Shown piece after piece: positions 36,394-44,481 of a stretch of DNA of 54,061 nucleotides. Location of the stretch: positions 1 through 54,061 of the IMG/VR virus record IMGVR_UViG_3300043602_000277; one strand, written 5' to 3'. The position numbers were made by a program, and so were the translations under genes. This DNA comes from a virus. Taxonomy: Duplodnaviria > Caudoviricetes. Numbering within the stretch: position 1 is the first letter of the stretch; the number at the start of each line of letters is the position of its first letter. The notes under the pieces are model-generated. The model did not search any database and was not told the origin of the DNA. It saw nothing but the letters and a program-made list of their open reading frames with translations.

Positions 36394-36485
36394 AGTTTAT
36401 CACACTTTAATTCAATAGTCAAGAAATAAAGTTGAGTTTAATGACAATCTTCGTGTTGACTTCTTTACTTGTAGTGTGATATGCT
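36394..36485. promoter_or_regulatory. Divergent sigma70 promoter pair (genetic switch)
   Basis: Minus TTGACT-17-TAAACT, plus TTGACT-18-TATGCT, both TG-extended; AGTGTGATA occurs in both as an inverted repeat. Confidence 0.7.
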
Positions 36486-36505
36486 AATCGGGAAAGGAGA
36501 TTGCA

Positions 36506-36775
36506 ATGGGGAAACTTAGACTTGATGAGCGCCGGCTAAAGGTGCTCATGGCAATGAACGGGATCGACACACTGCCGCAGCTCGCATCGGCGGCAAATAT
36601 GCACTACAACTCTGTATACAAAATGGTGAATACGGGGCGGTTTTCGATTGACTCAATCGAGGCGCTCGCCAATGTACTTGGCTGCAACCCCATCGATCTC
36701 GTCACGACGGAAGGGTATCCTGACCCAAAATCGGTACCCCTGGTCATCCGTGGACAGGAACTGGCAACGGCGTAG
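36506..36775 (+). CDS. Cro/CI-type HTH regulator
   Basis: LPQLASAANMHYNSVYKMVN...SIEALANVLGCNPIDLV; AAGGAG RBS. Confidence 0.85.
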   Translation: MGKLRLDERRLKVLMAMNGIDTLPQLASAANMHYNSVYKMVNTGRFSIDSIEALANVLGCNPIDLVTTEGYPDPKSVPLVIRGQELATA

Positions 36776-36929
36776 CCGTTGGTTAGTTGGTGGCCGGGGC
36801 CGGACGCGAAAAAGCGCCCAGCCCCGAAAGGATGAACGCTTTGTCTTACTTCTGCAATCAGCAGCGGATAGTTTGGCGACCGTGCGCCGCTGATTGCCTG
36901 CTCATTAACAACTGAACAGATTTGTTACA

Positions 36930-36973
36930 GTGACCCCCCAGGGATTCGAACCCTGAACCCAATGATTAAGAGT
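36930..36973 (-). mobile_element. att core: 3' half of tRNA-Lys(CTT)
   Basis: Minus strand ACTCTTAATCATTGGGTTCAGGGTTCGAATCCCTGGGGGGTCAC (anticodon loop, T-arm, acceptor 3' strand), 100 bp from the integrase stop; no 5' half. Confidence 0.9.
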
Positions 36974-37016
36974 TCTGTATAGTGGGTTGAGGTAAAACCG
37001 CGCTTAATTCAATAAC

Positions 37017-37067
37017 AAAAAGAGCCACTGTGACTAATCTGTAGTTAGTCACAGTGGCTCTTTTTTT
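37017..37067. terminator. Bidirectional terminator, perfect 21-bp inverted repeat
   Basis: AAAAAGAGCCACTGTGACTAA-tctgtag-TTAGTCACAGTGGCTCTTTTT. Confidence 0.85.
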
Positions 37068-37076
37068 GGTGAAAAA

Positions 37077-38018
37077 TCAACCACCGACACGCCGGCGCAC
37101 TTCTTGATATTCGCGGCGGATGCCTTCCGGCAGCCAGTGGGCATAGAAGCGGCGCGTGAACTCTTCACTGGCATGGCCCATTGTGTCGCTGACGGCGGAT
37201 AGTTGCATTCCATTGTTGAGAAAGAGCATGGCATAACCGTGGCGGAAACGGTGCGGATTCTGGTAGGGCAATCCTGCTTCATGGCAGCGCCGGTGCAGCA
37301 TCTGGCGCACGCCGTTTCCGCTGAGCGCAGCCCTGGCGCCGCCGATGCCATTGTTGGAGACAAAAAGCGGATTGCCGGGAATGTTTTGGCCGTCGTGCGT
37401 TAAGGGCCGTTTCATCAGGTAGGCGCGGATCATGGGGCCTAGATCGGCGCCACAGGGGACAAGCCTGCCTTCGCCGCCTTTGCCGGTTTGCACCGTCACC
37501 TGCTGGCGAATGACGTCAACATCCGGCTGTTTGAGATCGGTCAGTTCGGAAATCCGCAATCCACACCAAAAGAGCAGATAGATGATGCAGCGATCGCGAC
37601 ATTCAACCCAGGTGTGTTCGCCTATCGAAGCCGTGAGCCGCTGGTACTGGGCCAAGCTCACATAGGGTCGCACTCCATTTGGTAAGCCGGGCGCTTCCAG
37701 ATCAGCCATTGGCGACGCCGGCAGACACTTCACCCGCTTGACGAGATAGTTATACCAGACCCGCAGACTCCGATAACGACCCGCCACCGTGTATGGACTA
37801 TAGCCGGCCTCCTGTTCATGGACGATGAACGCCTCAATCGTTTCGGGTTCGCCCATATCCAACCGGCTTTGCATTGGATCGGCTAACCAGTCGAGGTAGC
37901 GGTTGAGGTGTTGCTCATAGGAGATCAGTGTGTTCGGTGAGCGATTGAGCGCACGCTTCGTTTGCAGGAACCGTGCAACCCAGCTCGACCATAGTTCGAC
38001 ATCTGCGCGTGTTGCCAT
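37077..38018 (-). CDS. int: Tyrosine integrase
   Basis: GLRISE (R), GKGG (K), HRFRH, MGH, FY catalytic residues. Confidence 0.95.
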   Translation of the reverse strand: MATRADVELWSSWVARFLQTKRALNRSPNTLISYEQHLNRYLDWLADPMQSRLDMGEPETIEAFIVHEQEAGYSPYTVAGRYRSLRVWYNYLVKRVKCLPASPMADLEAPGLPNGVRPYVSLAQYQRLTASIGEHTWVECRDRCIIYLLFWCGLRISELTDLKQPDVDVIRQQVTVQTGKGGEGRLVPCGADLGPMIRAYLMKRPLTHDGQNIPGNPLFVSNNGIGGARAALSGNGVRQMLHRRCHEAGLPYQNPHRFRHGYAMLFLNNGMQLSAVSDTMGHASEEFTRRFYAHWLPEGIRREYQEVRRRVGG

Positions 38019-38247
38019 ATCACGATGCCTTTCTGAATACAGAGAGGGATTCGCCCAGCGGGATCAGGGCTTATCGCGCGAGACGTCCAAAGTTCTATCT
38101 GGGTGTGCTAACGCGAAACTTCCCGCTGCCGGCGCATATTTGCGCCAGGGCGGGAAGCTACGCATCGGTCATTCGTTTGTTGCCGGGGCTCTCCAGCAGC
38201 CGGCAATCAATCATGAGCTCCCATAGGGTAGCAAGGAATTTATCGCT

Positions 38248-38658
38248 ATGTCTATAGCTGAACCAAATACCGCAACACAAATCGTCGGCAGAAACGGCGA
38301 CCACTCATCACCGCCACCATCAAAACCTAGGCAAAAGCCGCGAGGCCGCTACAAACCAAGACTCGCCACCAATATCAAGGTGACGATGGAGGAAGTCGTG
38401 GCAAAGTCTACTTCAGCGCGCCGGTGGATGGGGTTAATTTTGGATTGGATCGAGGAGGAACGCAGGGTCACCAAAGCCGATATTGAGGCTCTGGTTGATG
38501 TTGCGCCGATTACGGCGATTGCCAACGGCATGTACCATGACCGGCTGATCCGCTTGGGCGAGCTGGATCACCACATGGCGCGGCTGGCGCTGGAAGTGAC
38601 GGCCATCGAGACGGAGCTAAGGGATGCGTTGGAGCATTCGCGGGCGGCAGCGCCATGA
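38248..38658 (+). CDS. Hypothetical protein, first gene of the right early operon
   Basis: AAGGA RBS within a CATAG/CTATG hairpin. Confidence 0.7.
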   Translation: MSIAEPNTATQIVGRNGDHSSPPPSKPRQKPRGRYKPRLATNIKVTMEEVVAKSTSARRWMGLILDWIEEERRVTKADIEALVDVAPITAIANGMYHDRLIRLGELDHHMARLALEVTAIETELRDALEHSRAAAP

Positions 38659-39488
38659 GCAGCGAAACGACCGACGCCATATTTGACCAGATTGACGGCG
38701 CTGATTTGAGCGCAACGGCCTATCGCACAGGGATACGCCTATGGCGGTTGGCCGCGGCCAATGGGGGCGTGGTTCATTTGCCGCGGACGCAGATGATCGC
38801 GCTTTGCGGCACGGAGAGCGACGGTACTATGAAAAACCACTTATGTCAGATTGCGAAGGCCGGCATTATTGAATACGGCGTGACGGGCGACGTGGTATTT
38901 ATCAGACTTTTGTTGTGGATTTATCACGCTGAGCGTGACGCTCATCACGCTGAGCGTGACAACGATGATGGTAATCGTCACGCTGAGCGTGACGCTCATC
39001 ACGCTGAGCGTGACGATGCGGCTTCTACCTCACACGTGCGCGCACGCGCGGTAGGTAGGTTAGGTAGGTCTTTTACTACTACAGATAAAAGAAAAAAACC
39101 TACCTACCCACCTACCTCCCAAACGCCGGCGCTTACTGGCGAACAGCAACTCGCGTTTGAACTTCTGGTCGATAGCGAGGTGGGCGTGATCCACCGCATA
39201 GCGGATGAACTTGCGCGCAAATTGCCGCCACAGGACATTTACCGGGCGGTTGACAAGTGGCTGCCGGAACATCAGGCGGCGAAAGTTGGGCCTGGCGCGC
39301 TTAAGCATCGCCTGGAAACGCTCAAGCCATCCAATGCCCGCATGGTCAGCCTATCCGCCGGCTTCCGTGACAGCGAACTCTTCCACCGCCACCGGTTGCC
39401 AGATGAGATGATCGCCGACCCGGAGCGCAAGCAGTACAACATCGATGACGGAGCAGCCAGGGAACCGAGAAAGAAGTACAGCGTATGA
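38655..39488 (+). CDS. Replication initiator (probable)
   Basis: N-terminal winged-helix-like region; internal DNA repeats and an AT-rich tract, as in lambda O-type genes. Confidence 0.7.
   Translation: MSSETTDAIFDQIDGADLSATAYRTGIRLWRLAAANGGVVHLPRTQMIALCGTESDGTMKNHLCQIAKAGIIEYGVTGDVVFIRLLLWIYHAERDAHHAERDNDDGNRHAERDAHHAERDDAASTSHVRARAVGRLGRSFTTTDKRKKPTYPPTSQTPALTGEQQLAFELLVDSEVGVIHRIADELARKLPPQDIYRAVDKWLPEHQAAKVGPGALKHRLETLKPSNARMVSLSAGFRDSELFHRHRLPDEMIADPERKQYNIDDGAAREPRKKYSV
38924..39108. repeat. Putative origin: four palindromic iterons + AT-rich tract
   Basis: TCACGCTGAGCGTGA at 38924, 38945, 38978, 38999; then GGTAGGTAGGTT/AACCTACCTACC inverted repeat flanking an A/T-rich stretch. Confidence 0.8.
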
Positions 39489-39811
39489 TCTCTGACCTCT
39501 ACCAGCCCTACACCGACGCCGGCACGCCGCAGACCGTCTGGGCGTACAATGGCGGCCGCACACGCCACGCCATCGTCGTCTACGCCTGCTACATCCGGGA
39601 TCCGCGCTTTGAGCGTGAGCCGACGGCGGATGAGATCCGGCTCATCGTCGAGTACTGCGCGTACTTCATCCATGCGCCGTGTTTGTTCGTATCAGACGAG
39701 CTGTGCGCCTTGCGTGAGACGATTGTGTACGTGGAGACGGCGGAACAGTTGGCCGGCTGGCTGTGGGGCTGTGCCAGCTTGGGGCTGGGCAATGTGCTGG
39801 GGGGGCTATGA
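39485..39811 (+). CDS. Hypothetical protein
   Basis: ATGA-coupled. Confidence 0.7.
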   Translation: MISDLYQPYTDAGTPQTVWAYNGGRTRHAIVVYACYIRDPRFEREPTADEIRLIVEYCAYFIHAPCLFVSDELCALRETIVYVETAEQLAGWLWGCASLGLGNVLGGL

Positions 39812-40164
39812 AAGCCAAATTGCATCCGCGGCTGAAACTGGCCCGCATCCGCCATCCGTGGTCATCGTATGCTGACGACCAGAACGGCGCCTTCCGGCTC
39901 ATGGGGCCGTGTAAGCGCCCCCTCCTGATGATTGCGAGCAACGGCGGTGGCTGGGATCATATCAGCGTCAGCATTGCCGACAACGAAGAGATCCCAACAT
40001 GGGATGAGATGTGCTTCGTCAAGGATTTATTCTTTGAGGCAGAAGAACCGGCGTTTCAGTACCACCCGCCCCAAAGCCGCTACGTTAACATATTCAAGGG
40101 CTGTCTGCATCTATGGCGACCACAAGGCGTAGCGATACCAATGCCGGATCTGGGGCTTGTATGA
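39808..40164 (+). CDS. Conserved phage protein
   Basis: GGWDHISVS...PTWDEMCFVKDLFF...QYHPP...YVN...CLHLWRP, a widespread phage family. Confidence 0.8.
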   Translation: MKAKLHPRLKLARIRHPWSSYADDQNGAFRLMGPCKRPLLMIASNGGGWDHISVSIADNEEIPTWDEMCFVKDLFFEAEEPAFQYHPPQSRYVNIFKGCLHLWRPQGVAIPMPDLGLV

Positions 40165-40916
40165 GACAACCTTACCAGAAGCCGGGCCGGCCACGACCAG
40201 CAATGCCGACGGCGGCCGAGCGCATGGAGCGCAAGCGCAAGGCCAAGGAGCAGCCCAAGGTTGACTATTACCTGGCCGGCAAGGTCAAGAAGCTCGCTTA
40301 CGACTATGGGCAGATTCCTGAAGAGCATCGTGAGCAGGTGCAGCGGGCGGCGCTCAAGATACGCCAGTGCGAACGGCGGGCCGTGGAGGACTTGATCACC
40401 ATCGGTCAGGAGTTGATGGCCGTCAAGGCGATCATGCCCGACAAGTTCACTGAGTGGATTGATGGGGAGTTTGGATACAGCAATGGCAGCGCCCATGATT
40501 TCATGAACATGGCGCGCAGACACGTTCAATTTCCAAACTTTGGAAATTTGGGCATTAGTAGCGCCCGGCTTTTGTCGGCTCCATCCATCCCTGACGCGGC
40601 GATTGTAGAGGCTTGCGAGATTGCCGTGACAGCAGGGAAGATCACGTTGGCGCAGACAAGGGAGATCATCCATACTCATAAGCCGCCCAAACCTAAACAA
40701 CTGCCGGGGCCACAGGAGACAATGACGATTGATGCCGAGTATGTTGTTATGCCCGAAAGTCCATACTCCGATCCCGAACTCGTCTATCCTGCGCTAGAGC
40801 GCGCGCTAGCCCATAAGCTGCGAGATGCCATATTGCATCGAATTTTGAAATCATTCTTGACCAGCGAGGAACAAGATCAGCTTGTCATTGCGCTCGGTCA
40901 CGTTCTTGACGATTAA
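40161..40916 (+). CDS. DUF3102-like protein
   Basis: IGQELMAVK...FTEWIDGEFGYS..SA..FM.MA signature. Confidence 0.75.
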   Translation: MRQPYQKPGRPRPAMPTAAERMERKRKAKEQPKVDYYLAGKVKKLAYDYGQIPEEHREQVQRAALKIRQCERRAVEDLITIGQELMAVKAIMPDKFTEWIDGEFGYSNGSAHDFMNMARRHVQFPNFGNLGISSARLLSAPSIPDAAIVEACEIAVTAGKITLAQTREIIHTHKPPKPKQLPGPQETMTIDAEYVVMPESPYSDPELVYPALERALAHKLRDAILHRILKSFLTSEEQDQLVIALGHVLDD

Positions 40917-40937
40917 CTAGCTAAGAGGAAATACATC

Positions 40938-41471
40938 ATGCCACGTCGCCGACACAAAAGTACCTTGAAGCAGCGCATGACCCCATGCGAATGTTGTGGA
41001 TATCCAATATCACAGCGTCACCACTTATTCGAGATCGCTCATTACGGAGAAAGCGATTTTACCAGACAGCTATGTGCAAACTGTCATGAGCTATACCATC
41101 TAATCGAAGCGCTTGACTCCACACCAGAAGATCGGGCGGACAAGGTAACACGTTCTTCAGCTTTGATTGGCCGGATCGTGTCGGCTTGGGGCAAGGATGA
41201 CCCGCGATTCAAGTACCTTTGCGAACTATATTATTTAGCACAAGAGCATCGTGATGCGGTAATGCTTGCCGTAGGAATTCCAAATATGGCCCTTGATATG
41301 ACTCGCAATTGGCTTGACAATATGACGCCTGAAGAATATGACGAGCTTAAGATTGAGATTGAGCACGAGCGGGCGCTCAAGTGCGAACGCACGTATTTCC
41401 GCTGTGGCGTGACCTGCGTGAGGAAATACTTCAAGAGATCGACACGCTCTTGGATATTGTCGCGTGGATGA
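40938..41471 (+). CDS. HNH-like protein
   Basis: CECCG...HH...LCANCH. Confidence 0.7.
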   Translation: MPRRRHKSTLKQRMTPCECCGYPISQRHHLFEIAHYGESDFTRQLCANCHELYHLIEALDSTPEDRADKVTRSSALIGRIVSAWGKDDPRFKYLCELYYLAQEHRDAVMLAVGIPNMALDMTRNWLDNMTPEEYDELKIEIEHERALKCERTYFRCGVTCVRKYFKRSTRSWILSRG

Positions 41472-41556
41472 AGGACGCACTCATGCCGTTCCTGACGCGT
41501 GACGAGCATGACGAACTGTTCATTGCGCTGACGCGGGCGCTGAAAGGTGAGAATGA

Positions 41557-41814
41557 ATGACCGAATCAGAACTACGAGCCAAGTACACGCAGGCCGTTCG
41601 CATCATCCGCGCCGAGCGTAAGCAGCGTGAGTGGGTGTTCCGCTTAGCCTGTCCCGTAGGGAAGCCGGACAAACTGGCCGCCAAGCTGGTGGAGATGGAC
41701 ATGCTGCTCACGATTTTGGGTGAGCTAAAAGACGCGCTCAAGCCGCATGTGGAGCTGGAGCAGCCGCGGCTGCTGGATGCGCCCCCTACGGGGCAGGCTT
41801 TGAGGTATGAGTAA
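41557..41814 (+). CDS. Hypothetical protein
   Basis: ORF packing and overlaps. Confidence 0.65.
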   Translation: MTESELRAKYTQAVRIIRAERKQREWVFRLACPVGKPDKLAAKLVEMDMLLTILGELKDALKPHVELEQPRLLDAPPTGQALRYE

Positions 41815-42256
41815 GGACACAACCATGTTAAAAATTGCTGACTTTGAGTATCCGGGCCCGCTGGTCGCTGCCGTCGGCCTCATTCTTGAGCGTCAACTCC
41901 GCTACAGCGACACGGACGAACCCACGGCATTTGAAATTGAGAATCAAGATGGGCCGGTCGTAAAAGTCCACATCTACCGGCCTGTTTTTTATGAGCCTGA
42001 TGGTTCTGTTGCCAGGCCGCTCCGTTTGCCACCGGATTACGTGGGCGAACCGACAACGGCAGGTGGTAATCTCTCCGAACCGGCCCACGCCGAGATGTGG
42101 TTTAGAGAATTGGGCGAGAACAAGTCTGCTATTGAAGTCTATGCCGAGTCTCACGATGACTGGATGGCGACCCAGCCGATTGTGAACTACATTCTTGCCT
42201 GGTTACGCGCCAGGATTGTACGCCGCACGGATACCTGGCTGGCGGTAGAGCCATGA
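41807..42256 (+). CDS. Hypothetical protein
   Basis: ORF packing and overlaps. Confidence 0.65.
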   Translation: MSKDTTMLKIADFEYPGPLVAAVGLILERQLRYSDTDEPTAFEIENQDGPVVKVHIYRPVFYEPDGSVARPLRLPPDYVGEPTTAGGNLSEPAHAEMWFRELGENKSAIEVYAESHDDWMATQPIVNYILAWLRARIVRRTDTWLAVEP

Positions 42257-42322
42257 CGATCACCGTCCACCGTCCCAGCGGCGGCTATTGGATCCCTACG
42301 GGACAGGCTGTGCCGGTGAAAT

Positions 42323-42628
42323 ATGAGTAAGAACATGTTTCAACTGACCATTGCCGTTGAGGATGCCCAGATGGTTCAACTTTTGGCTACGATGTGCGAA
42401 GTTGCGGTGAAGGGTCACGAGGCCAGTTGTTTTCCGCCTCATGTCATAGCCGCTACCGATTGGTATCTGAATCAACTCCGATTCCAGATTAGTAACGAAA
42501 TTGACCAGTTTGATGATGATGAAGTGGCGCTGCTTGCGGGCTACTTGAGGCGTTGTGCCGATTTGATAGAGGGCTTTGTGACTGAGGCAGTAGAGGATGA
42601 GGAGCCGCGCCCAGGGGGCACCCGATGA
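42323..42628 (+). CDS. Hypothetical protein
   Basis: ORF packing. Confidence 0.6.
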   Translation: MSKNMFQLTIAVEDAQMVQLLATMCEVAVKGHEASCFPPHVIAATDWYLNQLRFQISNEIDQFDDDEVALLAGYLRRCADLIEGFVTEAVEDEEPRPGGTR

Positions 42629-42828
42629 CCATTGAAGTCCAGCGTCCCAGCGGCGGCACGTTCCTGTACCGGCAGCGTGAGGATGAGCCGAATGTGATCG
42701 AGAGCAGGGCCACGTACCGGGGGGCGAGGTGGCAGTTCGTGGCCAGGTTCGCGAGCGCGGACGAGGCCAGAGATGCGCTGCTGGCGATTGGGCGGGAGCA
42801 GGAGGGGGATTCTGATGAGCGAGAATAG
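42625..42828 (+). CDS. Hypothetical protein
   Basis: ATGA-coupled. Confidence 0.6.
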   Translation: MTIEVQRPSGGTFLYRQREDEPNVIESRATYRGARWQFVARFASADEARDALLAIGREQEGDSDERE

Positions 42829-43090
42829 CCAAGATGATGTTCGCCTATCGAGGGGTTGCGATGTTGTCGGTTTTAATGATGTTGCCGATCCAGAAACGAT
42901 ATTTGAGGTTTGGCAAATGCACACCGTGCCAATGGCGAACGAATTGGTAATGTTTGGCGAAGAAACATCGTTACCGGAAGTCGCTGGCGTATGGCAAGTT
43001 CTGCAAAGACTCTGGATTTGCGAGGATAGTCCAGTCACCGTCAGGCTATTAGTACGGCGGATACGAGATGACCCAACCCCATTCGCATAA
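42815..43090 (+). CDS. Hypothetical protein
   Basis: GGAGG RBS before ATG 42815. Confidence 0.55.
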   Translation: MSENSQDDVRLSRGCDVVGFNDVADPETIFEVWQMHTVPMANELVMFGEETSLPEVAGVWQVLQRLWICEDSPVTVRLLVRRIRDDPTPFA

Positions 43091-43304
43091 CCACGTCCAG
43101 CCCGTCCCACACCGCACGCGGCCCATCCCGTCCCGTTTCGGCATCCGGCCCGGCGGCAGACCCGAACGGCGGCGGGTGCGGTCTGGGCCAGGCAAGGCAT
43201 GACTACGCGTATGGTCGTCCAATGAGATGAGGCGCGTATGAGCGTTTTGTTGAGGCCGTCTACGCTTTTGGGACGATATGAAAATGGATATATATCTTTT
43301 GCAT

Positions 43305-43379
43305 TGCCATATGCAACAAAACGTGCTAAGGTTATGTTGACTTCGGGCACCCGTTCGCGCGGCGCTCCGAAGTCGTTTG
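43305..43379 (+). promoter_or_regulatory. Putative late promoter followed by a hairpin
   Basis: TTGCCA-17-TAAGGT (TG-extended), then GACTTCGG...CCGAAGTC-GTTT. Confidence 0.45.
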
Positions 43380-43457
43380 TCCTTCGACGCCTACATTAAA
43401 GCCCACATATGGCTGCGCGAGCGGTTGCCCTATCCTTTACCCACAGGGCAGCCGCAC

Positions 43458-43655
43458 ATGAACCAGACCAAGCCAGACCCACCCCAAAAACAAACCCGCC
43501 CCCACGTGCGCGAAGCAGAATCGACCTGCCGCGGCCAGACGCCTTGCGGCCGTCGCTGCGTGATGAATGGTCGTCATCGCCATCGTTTCCACAGTTGTTC
43601 GTCGCCGACGTGCCCCAAGTGCCACGCTGACGAACGGTTCCGGTGGGCGTCATGA
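43458..43655 (+). CDS. Small Cys/His-rich protein
   Basis: C.G..PCGRRC...H.H..H.C...CPKCH; start uncertain. Confidence 0.5.
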   Translation: MNQTKPDPPQKQTRPHVREAESTCRGQTPCGRRCVMNGRHRHRFHSCSSPTCPKCHADERFRWAS

Positions 43656-43681
43656 ACTTAGCTAAAACGGTCTGTTTGGGG

Positions 43682-43786
43682 TATAATACAGGAGTAAACC
43701 ACATAAAAAGAGACAGGATGTTATCAGCATCCCGTCTCCCATTCAGTACCTGTGTAGAGGCACAGATACCATGTCAGATCATACCA
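43682..43786 (+). promoter_or_regulatory. Structured leader of the HNH-like gene
   Basis: TATAAT; hairpin GAGAC-AGGATG-TTATCAG-CATCC-CGTCTC; RBS hairpin CTGTG-TAGAGG-CACAG; antisense TGGTATGAT at 43778-43786. Confidence 0.6.
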
Positions 43787-44481
43787 CGCGTCCATTCCAA
43801 CCCGAACTTCCCTTCGACGAAATTCCCTACGGCTACTGCCAATGCGGCTGCGGGCAAAAGACCCATATTGAAACCCATACCCATCCAGAACGCGGCCAGT
43901 TCGCTGGTGAGCCACGACGCTTTCTGCGTGGGCATCAAGGCCGCAAACCTACACCCAAAGCCGATGAACTCAAGATTTGCTCGCGATGCAAGCAGGGCAA
44001 ACCTTTATCTGATTACTCCCAACGTCGGAGCGGCAAAAGAGCCGGTCAATACTATTCGCACTGCCGCGCCTGTGCAGTTGAGGCGACGATGGCAAGCCGC
44101 TCAAAAGACGCTTCGTATCAAGTGCGTCAAAGGGAACTTCAGCGAAAATTTCGCGAGCGTCATCAGGAGCGACTTACTATCAAGTCATCTGAGCGATATG
44201 CTAAGAATCCTGAAGCTAGAAAAGCTGGCGCACGAAAAACCAGAGAGAAAAATCCGTTGCGCGAAAAGGCGCATATTGCCGTTCGACGCGCCATAGCACG
44301 GGGCGATCTTCCTCCTGCAACAGCAATGGTATGTGAACGATGCCAAGAAGCGCAGGCTGCTCACTGGCATCACGATATGGGATACGCCGAGGAATATCGT
44401 CTACACGTAATCGCTCTATGCAAGTCGTGTCATGGAAAGGCGCATTGGCTAGATATTGGCGAATCTAATCGGACTTCATGA
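43771..44481 (+). CDS. Zn-finger/HNH-like endonuclease
   Basis: CQCGCG; CSRC...CRAC; CERC...HH..Y...LCKSCH. Confidence 0.75.
   Translation: MSDHTTRPFQPELPFDEIPYGYCQCGCGQKTHIETHTHPERGQFAGEPRRFLRGHQGRKPTPKADELKICSRCKQGKPLSDYSQRRSGKRAGQYYSHCRACAVEATMASRSKDASYQVRQRELQRKFRERHQERLTIKSSERYAKNPEARKAGARKTREKNPLREKAHIAVRRAIARGDLPPATAMVCERCQEAQAAHWHHDMGYAEEYRLHVIALCKSCHGKAHWLDIGESNRTS

Noticed and set aside
36930-36973. Functional tRNA-Lys gene
   Set aside because: Only anticodon loop to acceptor 3' strand is present; there is no D-arm or 5' acceptor strand.
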